Virus record (IMG/VR): IMGVR_UViG_3300044614_000912
Location: 32,001 to 96,000 of that record
Direction: 5' to 3' (one strand)
DNA length: 64,000 nucleotides
Source of the DNA: a virus
The notes below the pieces were generated by a model that had not been told where the DNA came from, ran no database searches, and worked only from the letters and a program-made list of their open reading frames with translations. The position numbers were made by a program, and so were the translations under genes. This document shows positions 39,198 to 49,563 of the stretch, one piece after another. Each line of letters opens with the position of its first letter. Within the stretch, counting starts at the first letter, position 1.

Positions 39198-39228
39198 AGA
39201 ATTCTCCCTATTTTAGACGGTTCTATAT

Positions 39229-39240
39229 GTATTATACACG
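39229..39240 (-). promoter_or_regulatory. candidate -10/late promoter (CGTGTATAATAC)
   Basis: Perfect TATAAT in the 47-nt intergenic gap, no -35. Confidence 0.45.
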
Positions 39241-39244
39241 AAAT

Positions 39245-42200
39245 TTAACTTGATCCGATTTCTAAATTGATGTACTGATGAAAGCCCGGAACAAATGCTT
39301 CTGGCTCTAAAAGCGTATGTAATATATCATTATGGAAGAAATAAAAGGCGTCGTATTTTCCATCTTTGTTTGGTGATAATCCAACGCTAGAAACATTGGT
39401 GCCTTCTGAAGCTTTTTCTCCACGGTAACTTGGTAAACTCAATCTAACAGGTCCACTTGTACTTTCCAAAGGACACGCATCATAGGCTAATTTGTCATAT
39501 ACAATTCCATCGTGAAATAAAATAGATGCTGATTTTGAGCCGCCATTTATATTGAGCCTCAGACCATAATATGTTGTACTTGAATCCTTGGGTTTATATG
39601 ATCCAGAAAAATCACTTGGGGTAAATCCTTCTCCGCGATTCTTTTTCTCAATAATAAAACGCGATATATTTCCCTTTTCTCCAATAGCGGTAACTTTTAG
39701 TTTTGCACCTTTAGTCAAAGAAATTTCTTGATCGACAGAAAAACCTTCGCCACCATCTATTATCATATAATTATCTGATAATCCAATAACCCTTTTGTAA
39801 TATCTAAAGCCACCACCAGTTAACAATTGGCCCCTACGAATAGGATTAATTCTCCATTCCGAACTGGGTCTTAAAGCTTTATTGTTGGCTCCGTTGCGAT
39901 TTATTTTTGAGTTTATAGGAACTGGGAAATTATCTATTTCATCATCTCCAATTGGGTCGGCATATGTTGGTATTCTAAAATCTACGGCGGTTTCTATTTG
40001 GTCTACATCTCTAGGATATTTTGGCAATGCTTTAGATGGATTCCAATCTGTCAAATCTGGTCTAGCATCGGCATCTACTCTTTTAGATTTTACATTCATT
40101 CCTAGTGGCAATGGATTAAAATGCAACACGGCAAAATATCTTGGATCATATATTGTTTGCTCGTCGGGCCACTGATCAAATATACGAACGTGTAAAGCTG
40201 TTGTTCCAAAACTATTTGGACTGTCTTCTGCTGATCCCCACTGAGGATATCCATACGTAAATGAAGGATTGGATGGACCAACCCAACCAATACCTCCTCC
40301 GATTGGCAATATTGTGATTCCTCCAGTTTGACCACCGGCAACTTTTTGAACTTTTGGTAATCCAAAGTATTGCGTTGTTGTAAAGTTAATAGCTCCTCCA
40401 CCTCCAAATTTATTTTTGGCTACAATAATACCAACAAAATTGGATTTTTCATCGCCGCTACTAGCATCAGAATCTGGTAATAAATCTGGACCACCGAGTG
40501 GGCCTTCTCCATTTGAAACAGTATCTGGTCCAATCAATGGAAATGGTGCTAATCCTCTAGTTGCTACGCTACCTTGATCTGTATTGCCGGGAATCAATCC
40601 ACCCCACATATGACTACCGGTATCTCCAGTGGTAAGTGTATTGAAAAAATTTGTACGTAATCTATTATATTTTGGTTGATCGCTTGGGGCAAATGCCTTA
40701 TAAGCATGAACAGCGTATTGCAATTGAAGTGGAGAAAATTGAATTTTGGATGCTTGCGCCGGGGCTAAACCATAAATATTCCCGCTATCTGCTACACTAG
40801 CAAGCCAAGTATATCGTTTTCTAGAATTAAAAAAGCCAAAATACGTATCCAATAAGTTGGTGGTTGGCGATTCTAATTTTACTAATTCATCTAATGATTC
40901 TATTGGTGTACTATAAGTACCAGACAATGATCCATTGACTCCAATTTCTGCTGGAAGTTGATATAATCCAGCATCCTTTGTATTAGAAAACATAAAATTA
41001 CTGGTATCAATTGTTTTATTTTTATCTGGGGTAGCAGATAATATTTCTGAGCCATCTGATGGAACCACAAAAAATGGATCACCGAATTGAATTCCCAATC
41101 TTGCTGAACCATTCATTGGCATCATATTTCTTTGTTTTTTCAATAATGATGCCTGCTGAACAGAATACCCCTCTGTAAAAATTGGTCCCCAAAAATTTGG
41201 AAAATTTGTTTGATACCAAGCGTCTGCATTAGTGCCTCCATCTGGAGAATAAATTACATTTGTTCTACCAATAATATTGTATTGGTTAGTGCCACCCATA
41301 TGAGAACCGACTTGATCAAACGCTGTAACTTGTACATATCTTCTTGTTGGCTGAAAATCATAATCGTTTTTAGAAGGCAAAGACAATAAAAGCGCAACGG
41401 TTTCATCTGTTTCATCAAAAACATAAGATGGTTGATCCGGTTTTGCGGACGGAACATACAAATTTAATTTAGTAATCAGATTCAAATCATTCATTTCAGA
41501 CAGGGCTGAAATAGATTTATTAGATATTGCTGGAGCGGCAGAGTCACCGCCACCTTGAAACATGGATGCGTAGTATCGTAATCTCATATAGGACTCATAT
41601 TGAATACCATTTATATTTTGAAAATATTGCTTACCATTGCTAGAACGATATCGTTCATCTTTGAAAAATGAATCGGCATCGGCTAAAAATTTAGCAAATG
41701 ACCATTTTCCAAGCTTTAGACTAACAGGGGCTATACTTGTAGTTCCAGCATCAAAGCCCTGTATAATCCATTCTCCATCGATATGGCTACACATCACTAC
41801 ATCGCCTTTTTTGAATCCTCTTGGTGATCTATTAACAATTTGTATTTTTTCTTTTTTATTTGCATCATTGGCAGCAGCGGTCATATTTGGACCACACATA
41901 TTGGGATTTCCACCCTCAACGCTAATTGGCAATGCTTTCCCTATCGTAAATTGACCCATATAGTAAGTCGAATTAGTATCATAAAATTCATCTGGAGCAA
42001 TATCATCAATGCTATCGAAAGGTATATCCTTAATTTTTGCTGGGTCAACATCTGTTAATAAACGAGCAAGCATTTGCTGTGTGCCAGATTCCCATTCGCC
42101 AATAGCTGAATTGTATGTTAATCTGAGATTAGCGGCCACAGAATTAGCCGGATTTACGTTTCCACCTTCTGATGGGTTTTGATATACTCCAACTGGTTGC

Positions 42201-42808
42201 TCCTGCGTACCTTGCCATCCGTATTTTGCGCCCGTTGGTCGTTTTGGTACTGACGAAATCAATGGCGCTCCATTTTGCGCTAATGATCTTGTTGTATCAC
42301 TCTGTGACTTTGGTTTAAGATATACTTTTACCAAGGGTGTTCTAGTTTGATTAGTAGAACCAAATTTTACTGAAAATGATGGATGAAAAGTAATACATCC
42401 AGAATAACTTCCTTGTATATTTTCAACTACTTGCTTAACATCTTCATCTATGGCTATACCCCACTCATTAGTATTATGTTTAGCTAATAATTCTGGTAAA
42501 TCGGAGGCGACCGATGTTCCAGATTTGGTTTTGAAAATATCTGCGCCAGTTTTTAATTCATATTCTTTGGTATCTTCATTCCATAAAATAATGGATAAAG
42601 AATCAATAGAAGATTTACCAACTAAAGTATCATAGGTTGTTTCAGTCTCACCGAATAAATCTTTTACATCATCATTGGGTTTATCAACTAAATATCTTTT
42701 TAAACTAGCTACCGAATACGACGCTATCCCCAATGATTCTAATGCAAAATCACTAGTTGTAAAAGAATGGTATTCGGTGGATGCTGAATGTAAATTAGAA
42801 TCAAACAT
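39245..42808 (-). CDS. putative tail/baseplate protein (1187 aa)
   Basis: Position in the tail module; IIDGGEGFS/RGEGFT motifs typical of phage tail proteins. Confidence 0.6.
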   Translation of the reverse strand: MFDSNLHSASTEYHSFTTSDFALESLGIASYSVASLKRYLVDKPNDDVKDLFGETETTYDTLVGKSSIDSLSIILWNEDTKEYELKTGADIFKTKSGTSVASDLPELLAKHNTNEWGIAIDEDVKQVVENIQGSYSGCITFHPSFSVKFGSTNQTRTPLVKVYLKPKSQSDTTRSLAQNGAPLISSVPKRPTGAKYGWQGTQEQPVGVYQNPSEGGNVNPANSVAANLRLTYNSAIGEWESGTQQMLARLLTDVDPAKIKDIPFDSIDDIAPDEFYDTNSTYYMGQFTIGKALPISVEGGNPNMCGPNMTAAANDANKKEKIQIVNRSPRGFKKGDVVMCSHIDGEWIIQGFDAGTTSIAPVSLKLGKWSFAKFLADADSFFKDERYRSSNGKQYFQNINGIQYESYMRLRYYASMFQGGGDSAAPAISNKSISALSEMNDLNLITKLNLYVPSAKPDQPSYVFDETDETVALLLSLPSKNDYDFQPTRRYVQVTAFDQVGSHMGGTNQYNIIGRTNVIYSPDGGTNADAWYQTNFPNFWGPIFTEGYSVQQASLLKKQRNMMPMNGSARLGIQFGDPFFVVPSDGSEILSATPDKNKTIDTSNFMFSNTKDAGLYQLPAEIGVNGSLSGTYSTPIESLDELVKLESPTTNLLDTYFGFFNSRKRYTWLASVADSGNIYGLAPAQASKIQFSPLQLQYAVHAYKAFAPSDQPKYNRLRTNFFNTLTTGDTGSHMWGGLIPGNTDQGSVATRGLAPFPLIGPDTVSNGEGPLGGPDLLPDSDASSGDEKSNFVGIIVAKNKFGGGGAINFTTTQYFGLPKVQKVAGGQTGGITILPIGGGIGWVGPSNPSFTYGYPQWGSAEDSPNSFGTTALHVRIFDQWPDEQTIYDPRYFAVLHFNPLPLGMNVKSKRVDADARPDLTDWNPSKALPKYPRDVDQIETAVDFRIPTYADPIGDDEIDNFPVPINSKINRNGANNKALRPSSEWRINPIRRGQLLTGGGFRYYKRVIGLSDNYMIIDGGEGFSVDQEISLTKGAKLKVTAIGEKGNISRFIIEKKNRGEGFTPSDFSGSYKPKDSSTTYYGLRLNINGGSKSASILFHDGIVYDKLAYDACPLESTSGPVRLSLPSYRGEKASEGTNVSSVGLSPNKDGKYDAFYFFHNDILHTLLEPEAFVPGFHQYINLEIGSS

Positions 42809-42809
42809 A

Positions 42810-45800
42810 TTAATCTCCGTATCTTGTTACATCAGAATCATCAAAAGTTTCTGCATTTTCTGGAGCAACGTAGTATTTTGATTTTGATTTTATAAAGGGT
42901 AGGGGTTTAGCGGCCATATTAGGGTGATATACATCATTTGAAGCTGGGATATATAAATCATTTTTATTGCCACCACAAATAGCAGAGGATGCTGTATTAT
43001 AGTATTCTCTAGCCAAACTGTCTTCTGTTAGGAAGTTTTGAGCTACTCTACCGATTTGAGCATTATCCTGCACCGATCCTTGAACCATGTAGTCTGTGGC
43101 GTCGTGTGGTGTCCAGCTGGGTTCTCCATCTCCAAACAATTTATCTGGAGAAGCACTGGCTCCACCCATTTGAGTGCTAATTCTCTTTTCGGTAAATTTC
43201 TTAACAGATGCTACAACATTACCCATCGGATTAGCAAACTGCTGTACATTTTCTGGATTTACGCTACGTAAAGTATCGTATATTTGACCATAATTCACGA
43301 ATGAAGTTGCTGCTTTGCCAAGACCTTTTCTTATTAAAGCATTTCGCTCATCTCGTAATCTTTGTCTTTCTCTGCTAATTTTAGAAATTTGATCTTGCTT
43401 TTGCTTTTGTAGTTTTCCAAAACTAGAAGTATATAAATCCATCTTTATGGTTGTTTGTACTCCACCCTCTGAAATACTAACATCAACATTTGTTACCAAT
43501 GGACCACCATTCAACAATGCCTTACCTAAAGAATTACCCGGAGGCAGTCCCGGCACAACAAATCCACCTCTTTCTGAAAATAAAAGCAGGCTATTAGAGA
43601 ATTGAGCTTGTAATCTTCCAGCTTCATTCATTAATTGATACCCAGCATAATTCCAAGGAGATAAATTCTCATCTTTGATGAATTCTACTCTGCCGCCAAT
43701 ATTTTTGTATACATTTGCTTGACCATCTAACTGTGAAGATACCCAAGGCCCATAACATCTATCCCTAGACATTAATGGTAAAACTACTAGATTTGGATAT
43801 ACCGGAGAAGGGCTAGTCACATTGATTCTATTTGGAAAAGCGAAATTTAAAGAATCTATAGCTTTTTTAGCTGCCATCCACGCTTGTAATTTTTGATCAT
43901 CAGATAATTTATCTCTATAGTCTCCATTGTTAGCTGGAAAAGGCTTCGGCGGGATGATTGGTGCGGCAAATTCTGGAACATCGACAGTATCCATAGTCAT
44001 GAAATGTTTAAATCTTTCAGCATTCATTTGTTGAAATGGACCATCTCTAAATCTAGCATCTTTTGTTGGTATAACTTTAGATGGTAGTGTGATCAGAACA
44101 TATACATTCTCTGTGTCTAATTGATCCAGTTCAGTATCAATAATATAACTATTTAATACTTCATTTTCTGTTCTTTTAAAATCCCAAAGCTCTACATCTT
44201 CTCCACCTTTAGCAAGAGGAACATAATGAGGTCTATAATATGTAAAACTGTCTACATATCTATCTTCATCTGGCAAGTAGATTTTTTGTGGTAATGTTTT
44301 TCTACCTATATCTTTGTATGCTCCACCGTGAACTGTTATTGGTCTTATTTCTACTTTGGGTGGCATGAATAATTGTTCTGATACTGTACACTTTATAAAA
44401 GCTATTTGCTCTGGTATATCTTCCTTATCTGGATCGTCTGCGTCTTCTTCAAGATTTGGAAAACTGTGCCACTCATCACCGTTAACATTATCCAAACCTT
44501 CACATAAATCTGGAATCATAGCATTACCAATTTTTACCTGTTGCGTTAAGTCATTGGCTGAAATTCCATCTAAAGACAAAAATTGACTATGATCAAAACG
44601 AACATATGGAGATATTCTTCCTTGCTCATTAATGAAATTGGTTAGGTCTTGCGGAATAAGGCACTGTCTGACACCAAGTGGCGCATTATTAAAATTTTTA
44701 TCGATGACGTTATTAAGATTTTGTTGAGGTAATACATTTTGAAACAAATCAAATTCAAAGAATCCACCTAAATCTAATGGCGTGTAATTAGATTCATATT
44801 GTTCCGATATTGGATTATAATTGATTTCTAAACTACCAGCATATTTCGATTGTGCATCCACTATTCCAGAATTAAGGAATGCTTTTATCATATTTGTATC
44901 AGAATCAGCATCAGCATCTTCTCGCACTTGCTGTCTAAATGCTTCTGAAAATTCATAACCGGGGATATTATTAATAGCCCTAGGTTGAAATCCGAAGGGT
45001 CCACTACTATACTCAACAGAGTTTTCTAATGTAATTTCCTTGTCATAATTTAGATTAACCTTTTTGGGTATCTTAACTAAGAATTTTTTACCAAGACATT
45101 CATCTGCAACATTTTTTAAGAAATTATATACCCTCATTGCATTTTCTGTACTTTTCTTTGCAATTTTTGGGAAAATAGCAAATACATCTTTGTTATTGGT
45201 CAAGCTTCTTTCAACCAATGCTACAGTATCAGTAATCTTTTGTGGAGTCGGATTACTCATTAAAGCCTGTAAAGCGTTAAAGTATTCTTCTTCAAAAGGA
45301 CTTAACCCTGTTGACTCTTTGATTTCTTTTAATCTCTTGAATTGTGTTTCTAGTACAGCCTTAAAGTTCTTTTGGTCTGTAGATTTTAATTCTGCAAAAT
45401 TAGTTAATACTGTAGTATATCTTGTCTGAATATCAGTTAAACCACCCTCTGGAATACCAAGTTTCGTCATTCTCTTATAATATAGCGGGTATCCATATGG
45501 AGGGTTACACGGACTAAATGGCAAATCATCATCACCATAATCTCTTAAAGCATATGTGTCGAATAGTGACCTTGGCACAGTTACGGCATATGAATTGGAT
45601 ATATCTGATACTGGGGGCGCACCGGCTGGAGCTTCAGCTTGAATAACACCAGCGGTTTGTTCTGAATCATCTATTTCAAGAGATTCAATATAAGTATCGT
45701 TATATATTTTAAGAAATTCTTTCCATCTATCGTAAGATACGGCAGCGCATCGCAATTCCATTTCTGTGGCTACGTAATATGCACCAACGCCGATTGCGTT

Positions 45801-47549
45801 TAAGCCCGTAGTATCCAGTAGAATTTGTTGATACGCACCAAAACCTTTAGGAATAGTGACGGCGTGTTTTCCAAGCATACCATAGTAAGGTAATACTTGT
45901 TGTTCTAATGAAGATTCCAATCTCCATTGACCACCGGCAGGAGTATTTTCGGGTTGACCGTTTTGTCTTCCTAAAGCATCAAGTTCATCTCTATCGGCAT
46001 TAGTAGAAAAATAATACATTTCTACTTCTTGGGCACCAACGACAAATTTATCTGTTGTGATATTTGATAATTCATATCCAACATCTTGATTCTCTACATA
46101 AATTCCACTTGTGGCAAGAGAATCGATATATAATTTGATAGCCCCATAAGAAGGCTGAATTGACCTATCTATGGTATCAATTCTGATAATTCCAGCAATA
46201 AGCTTTTTGGGATCGGTCCCATTGGCTCTATTCCAAGCCGTTAAAAAGCCGCAAGCTGGGTGATCTATAACAGGTAATAACGTAACGAATAGTTCTTTGC
46301 TAGTTACGTCACAGATTTCCATCGCTAACTCTAAAAGATTTATTTGATCAAAATCCAAATAATACATACTTGGCAACGATGGCAAAGTTCCAAAATCAAC
46401 TACATAATTGAATCCTCTGAAATTAATAACCCCACCAAAGGCTTTATCAATATATTCTTGTGGCATTGTACCTTGATATCCCATAATAGCATTTATGGCC
46501 TGCTTAACTCTATAAAATGGAATACCTTGCGGCCCTCTTCTAGAGAATCCTGTGCCAGTTATTGGAAAATTTGGACCGAAAGATGTTGCAGAAACTGTAG
46601 ATGTGGAGCTATCACTCTCTGTTCTCCATGTGTCATCTCCTTCAAATATAAAGGTGCCATTGTCTGCAACTACTTTACGCAAAATTGATTTCTTTGGAAA
46701 TTGTCCTTTAATTTCATCTTCTGTTTCTTGAGATGGATTGAACTCTAAAAATCCATATACATTGATAAGATTGTTTTGATTGTATATTGATCCAGAATAA
46801 TTATTCAAAATGACCGTAACATTAGATAAAATTTCTCTTGGATCAATAACTTGAACACTATAGAGTGGATTTCCTCCCGGTCCTCTATTCTGAGTATATG
46901 TTTGTAGTATGCCACCAAAGACCAAGTGATCTCTACCTCTATCTGGACCACTTAACTGTGCAGTATAGTCATATATAGTATTATTTTTTAGATCAACATA
47001 CTGATTATTGCTTAACGTTCTAAAATTATTTTTATCATATGCTCCACCGCCCATTGACGGTATTGTAGCACCTCTGGTGTTCAAACCATATAAATCATCA
47101 AATGTTTGCTTATATGCTTCCGATACAGTTGCAAAATTTTGACCAAATTTAAAAAAGACAGGTGAGCCTGCTATTGGTGGAGAAAATTTGTCATATTGAC
47201 CGTTGTGATAAACATCGTCACCTTGACCAATCGGTGTGCGATCAGAAACATTGAATTCATCATTTATTAATTCTACGCTCAAAGAAGAACTAGAGTCACC
47301 GAAACCTCCATTCATAGTAAAGTTTCGCACAGAAGCTCCAAGAAAAGTTTGTTGTGCAAAACCCCTAGCATCAACGGTCCAGCCTCCAGCGGAAAAAGAT
47401 TGCGGAATAGCTCCGCTGCTAGCAGGCCAATCATTGCCATAATAACCAGAAGCCGGTTGAATACCCATAGGGTATACTGGTAAAGAAGTAGTTGTAACAG
47501 TTGTTGAAACTGTAACACCGGGGTTTCTAATAATGTCTTCGTATGTCAT
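42810..47549 (-). CDS. putative tail-tip hub protein (1579 aa)
   Basis: Hub-like N-terminal beta motifs (SSLSVELI, FGGILQ, YSVQVIDPR) and C-terminal VTNVDVSISEGGVQTT. Confidence 0.55.
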   Translation of the reverse strand: MTYEDIIRNPGVTVSTTVTTTSLPVYPMGIQPASGYYGNDWPASSGAIPQSFSAGGWTVDARGFAQQTFLGASVRNFTMNGGFGDSSSSLSVELINDEFNVSDRTPIGQGDDVYHNGQYDKFSPPIAGSPVFFKFGQNFATVSEAYKQTFDDLYGLNTRGATIPSMGGGAYDKNNFRTLSNNQYVDLKNNTIYDYTAQLSGPDRGRDHLVFGGILQTYTQNRGPGGNPLYSVQVIDPREILSNVTVILNNYSGSIYNQNNLINVYGFLEFNPSQETEDEIKGQFPKKSILRKVVADNGTFIFEGDDTWRTESDSSTSTVSATSFGPNFPITGTGFSRRGPQGIPFYRVKQAINAIMGYQGTMPQEYIDKAFGGVINFRGFNYVVDFGTLPSLPSMYYLDFDQINLLELAMEICDVTSKELFVTLLPVIDHPACGFLTAWNRANGTDPKKLIAGIIRIDTIDRSIQPSYGAIKLYIDSLATSGIYVENQDVGYELSNITTDKFVVGAQEVEMYYFSTNADRDELDALGRQNGQPENTPAGGQWRLESSLEQQVLPYYGMLGKHAVTIPKGFGAYQQILLDTTGLNAIGVGAYYVATEMELRCAAVSYDRWKEFLKIYNDTYIESLEIDDSEQTAGVIQAEAPAGAPPVSDISNSYAVTVPRSLFDTYALRDYGDDDLPFSPCNPPYGYPLYYKRMTKLGIPEGGLTDIQTRYTTVLTNFAELKSTDQKNFKAVLETQFKRLKEIKESTGLSPFEEEYFNALQALMSNPTPQKITDTVALVERSLTNNKDVFAIFPKIAKKSTENAMRVYNFLKNVADECLGKKFLVKIPKKVNLNYDKEITLENSVEYSSGPFGFQPRAINNIPGYEFSEAFRQQVREDADADSDTNMIKAFLNSGIVDAQSKYAGSLEINYNPISEQYESNYTPLDLGGFFEFDLFQNVLPQQNLNNVIDKNFNNAPLGVRQCLIPQDLTNFINEQGRISPYVRFDHSQFLSLDGISANDLTQQVKIGNAMIPDLCEGLDNVNGDEWHSFPNLEEDADDPDKEDIPEQIAFIKCTVSEQLFMPPKVEIRPITVHGGAYKDIGRKTLPQKIYLPDEDRYVDSFTYYRPHYVPLAKGGEDVELWDFKRTENEVLNSYIIDTELDQLDTENVYVLITLPSKVIPTKDARFRDGPFQQMNAERFKHFMTMDTVDVPEFAAPIIPPKPFPANNGDYRDKLSDDQKLQAWMAAKKAIDSLNFAFPNRINVTSPSPVYPNLVVLPLMSRDRCYGPWVSSQLDGQANVYKNIGGRVEFIKDENLSPWNYAGYQLMNEAGRLQAQFSNSLLLFSERGGFVVPGLPPGNSLGKALLNGGPLVTNVDVSISEGGVQTTIKMDLYTSSFGKLQKQKQDQISKISRERQRLRDERNALIRKGLGKAATSFVNYGQIYDTLRSVNPENVQQFANPMGNVVASVKKFTEKRISTQMGGASASPDKLFGDGEPSWTPHDATDYMVQGSVQDNAQIGRVAQNFLTEDSLAREYYNTASSAICGGNKNDLYIPASNDVYHPNMAAKPLPFIKSKSKYYVAPENAETFDDSDVTRYGD

Positions 47550-47887
47550 GTTTGTGGGTTTCTATACTGCGAACTATAAATATTAAATCTTTGTGTTGCT
47601 AATTCAAGTAATGACATTGGATTAAATTGTATAACGCCTTGAGTATTATCATAATGAATATATGGGTTGACTATTGTAAAATCATTGATACCAGCAGCGC
47701 CCGTTACTGATCTTGAATACAAACCATTAGATAGTGCTTGGTTTTGGGGCCAAGCTAAACCAACTGGTTTAACAATAGGAATAGCATTGGAATTAACAGG
47801 AAATTCTGGGGCTTGGGTTGTGGTTATAGATTGACCCGGAGGTATAATTGTACCGGGAGGTATTTCTATCAAATTTCCGTATGACAT
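47546..47887 (-). CDS. hypothetical Pro-rich protein
   Basis: Fills the gap between tail genes; ATGA-coupled. Confidence 0.55.
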   Translation of the reverse strand: MSYGNLIEIPPGTIIPPGQSITTTQAPEFPVNSNAIPIVKPVGLAWPQNQALSNGLYSRSVTGAAGINDFTIVNPYIHYDNTQGVIQFNPMSLLELATQRFNIYSSQYRNPQT

Positions 47888-47888
47888 A

Positions 47889-49562
47889 TTAGGTATTTAA
47901 CTCGTATGTCCAGTTTAAACTCAGACTATAGCTGCCACTTTTTGCATCCCAAGTTTCGCTTGGTGGACTAAGAAAATATTTTCTCACCCCGATCTCTTGT
48001 GCTGGGCTGTAAGCAGAAATAATAGAATTGATTTGACTCCTAAATGGTTCTACTAAACTTGGCTTTGATAAAATACCAAAATTACGAATTTGATTGACAT
48101 TTGGGTTTGGTATATTAGTTATAGACTGATAATATTTTCTATCCATAACTAAATCTATATTAACACTTCTTTGATATTCTGTTCTACCGCCGATATATTG
48201 TAAAACTGGACCGGTGGCTCTTCCTATCACTGGAATAACAGCAAAAACATCTCCGGGGTAAGTATCATTTACTGAAACACTTTCCGATAAAACACCACTA
48301 ACCAAGTTGGATGGTCTATCATTATACTCTATATTATATGTTATCTCCCCGGTAAATTCATTAGTTCCTATGCTAACAGACAATGGTTGATGATTAAGTG
48401 ATAAATTTGTTAAATTACTGGCTCTTCTAAAAATATGACAATTAGGACCAAACGCTCCATTATTTGTTATTTGATAATACTTTAGTGAAGCGTTTTGATA
48501 TGGAGTATTTCTTGGTGTAGTATCATTACCTCCAAAAATAGAACCGCTAGCTGGTGCAGAAGTTAATCCTTTAATGGTCCCATTTACAGATACGGTTGAA
48601 ACAGTATCAGTAATAGAGCTAGACAATGATAGGCTATAGTTTTCATATGCTGTTCCACTAGAAAGTAACCAAGTGTCATTTAGCGTGTATGATCCAGCCG
48701 TTTTATCAATAGTTTCTGTACGAAGATGATTATACCCACCAAATATATTATTGGCTAAGTTGATAGTACCACTTGCTATATGTCCACCAACACTATTGCT
48801 AGGATAATTAGCATGACCTAAATTACCACTAGAGCTAGCAAGAAATTTCATTACGAATTGCTTGGCTTGCGAAACGGGATGATTAGATTCATCACACCCA
48901 TCGCCGCCGCGTTTTCCAGTAGCACTCAAAGTTCGTGTAACACGATAATTTCTCATTGTATAATGAGGGGAAGATGATGGATCATAAGTATTTCCATTTC
49001 CTTCTTCTGGTTCTATTGACCAGCTTTCTGAAAAGTCTTCAACAAATCCACCAAACTGAGTTTTATAATCGGATAATGACATGCCGGAAGGTCCACCGTA
49101 ACTACCGGCACCAATAATACTGTCATTATTATCTAATAAGAATCCAGCTTCAAGTTCTATAGTATAATTACAAGTGTTTACCCAAACACCTTGATCAAAA
49201 TTCATTGATACAAGCTTTGGATAAAATGTAAATACTGGCTCATTACCATCTATCGATAGTACTTCAATTTTATTACACTTATCAGCAAATAGATTTCTTA
49301 ACGCCGCCTGCTTTTTAAGAATACTCCCCAATTTTTCTTCTACGGGAACGACTTCGCTAGGTGGTCTAGGATCATAAGCTGTTGCAAAAGCACCGCTCTT
49401 AAAGGGGGAACCTTCATCATCTAAAATAGTGCCTGTCAGAGTAATAGAATAAGAGCCACCACCAGTGCCACCTTTATTTTGTGAAGAGGTCCATGCCAAT
49501 GAAATAAGAGGGCATGGACGTATGATTTGAGCGGCTGTACCGCCTTGATAAACAATAATCAT
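47889..49562 (-). CDS. putative distal-tail/baseplate protein
   Basis: Repeated beta modules (YSITLTGTI, ESWSIE, ENYSLS, GEITYNIEY, GSYSLSLNW); downstream of the tape measure. Confidence 0.55.
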   Translation of the reverse strand: MIIVYQGGTAAQIIRPCPLISLAWTSSQNKGGTGGGSYSITLTGTILDDEGSPFKSGAFATAYDPRPPSEVVPVEEKLGSILKKQAALRNLFADKCNKIEVLSIDGNEPVFTFYPKLVSMNFDQGVWVNTCNYTIELEAGFLLDNNDSIIGAGSYGGPSGMSLSDYKTQFGGFVEDFSESWSIEPEEGNGNTYDPSSSPHYTMRNYRVTRTLSATGKRGGDGCDESNHPVSQAKQFVMKFLASSSGNLGHANYPSNSVGGHIASGTINLANNIFGGYNHLRTETIDKTAGSYTLNDTWLLSSGTAYENYSLSLSSSITDTVSTVSVNGTIKGLTSAPASGSIFGGNDTTPRNTPYQNASLKYYQITNNGAFGPNCHIFRRASNLTNLSLNHQPLSVSIGTNEFTGEITYNIEYNDRPSNLVSGVLSESVSVNDTYPGDVFAVIPVIGRATGPVLQYIGGRTEYQRSVNIDLVMDRKYYQSITNIPNPNVNQIRNFGILSKPSLVEPFRSQINSIISAYSPAQEIGVRKYFLSPPSETWDAKSGSYSLSLNWTYELNT

Positions 49563-49563
49563 A

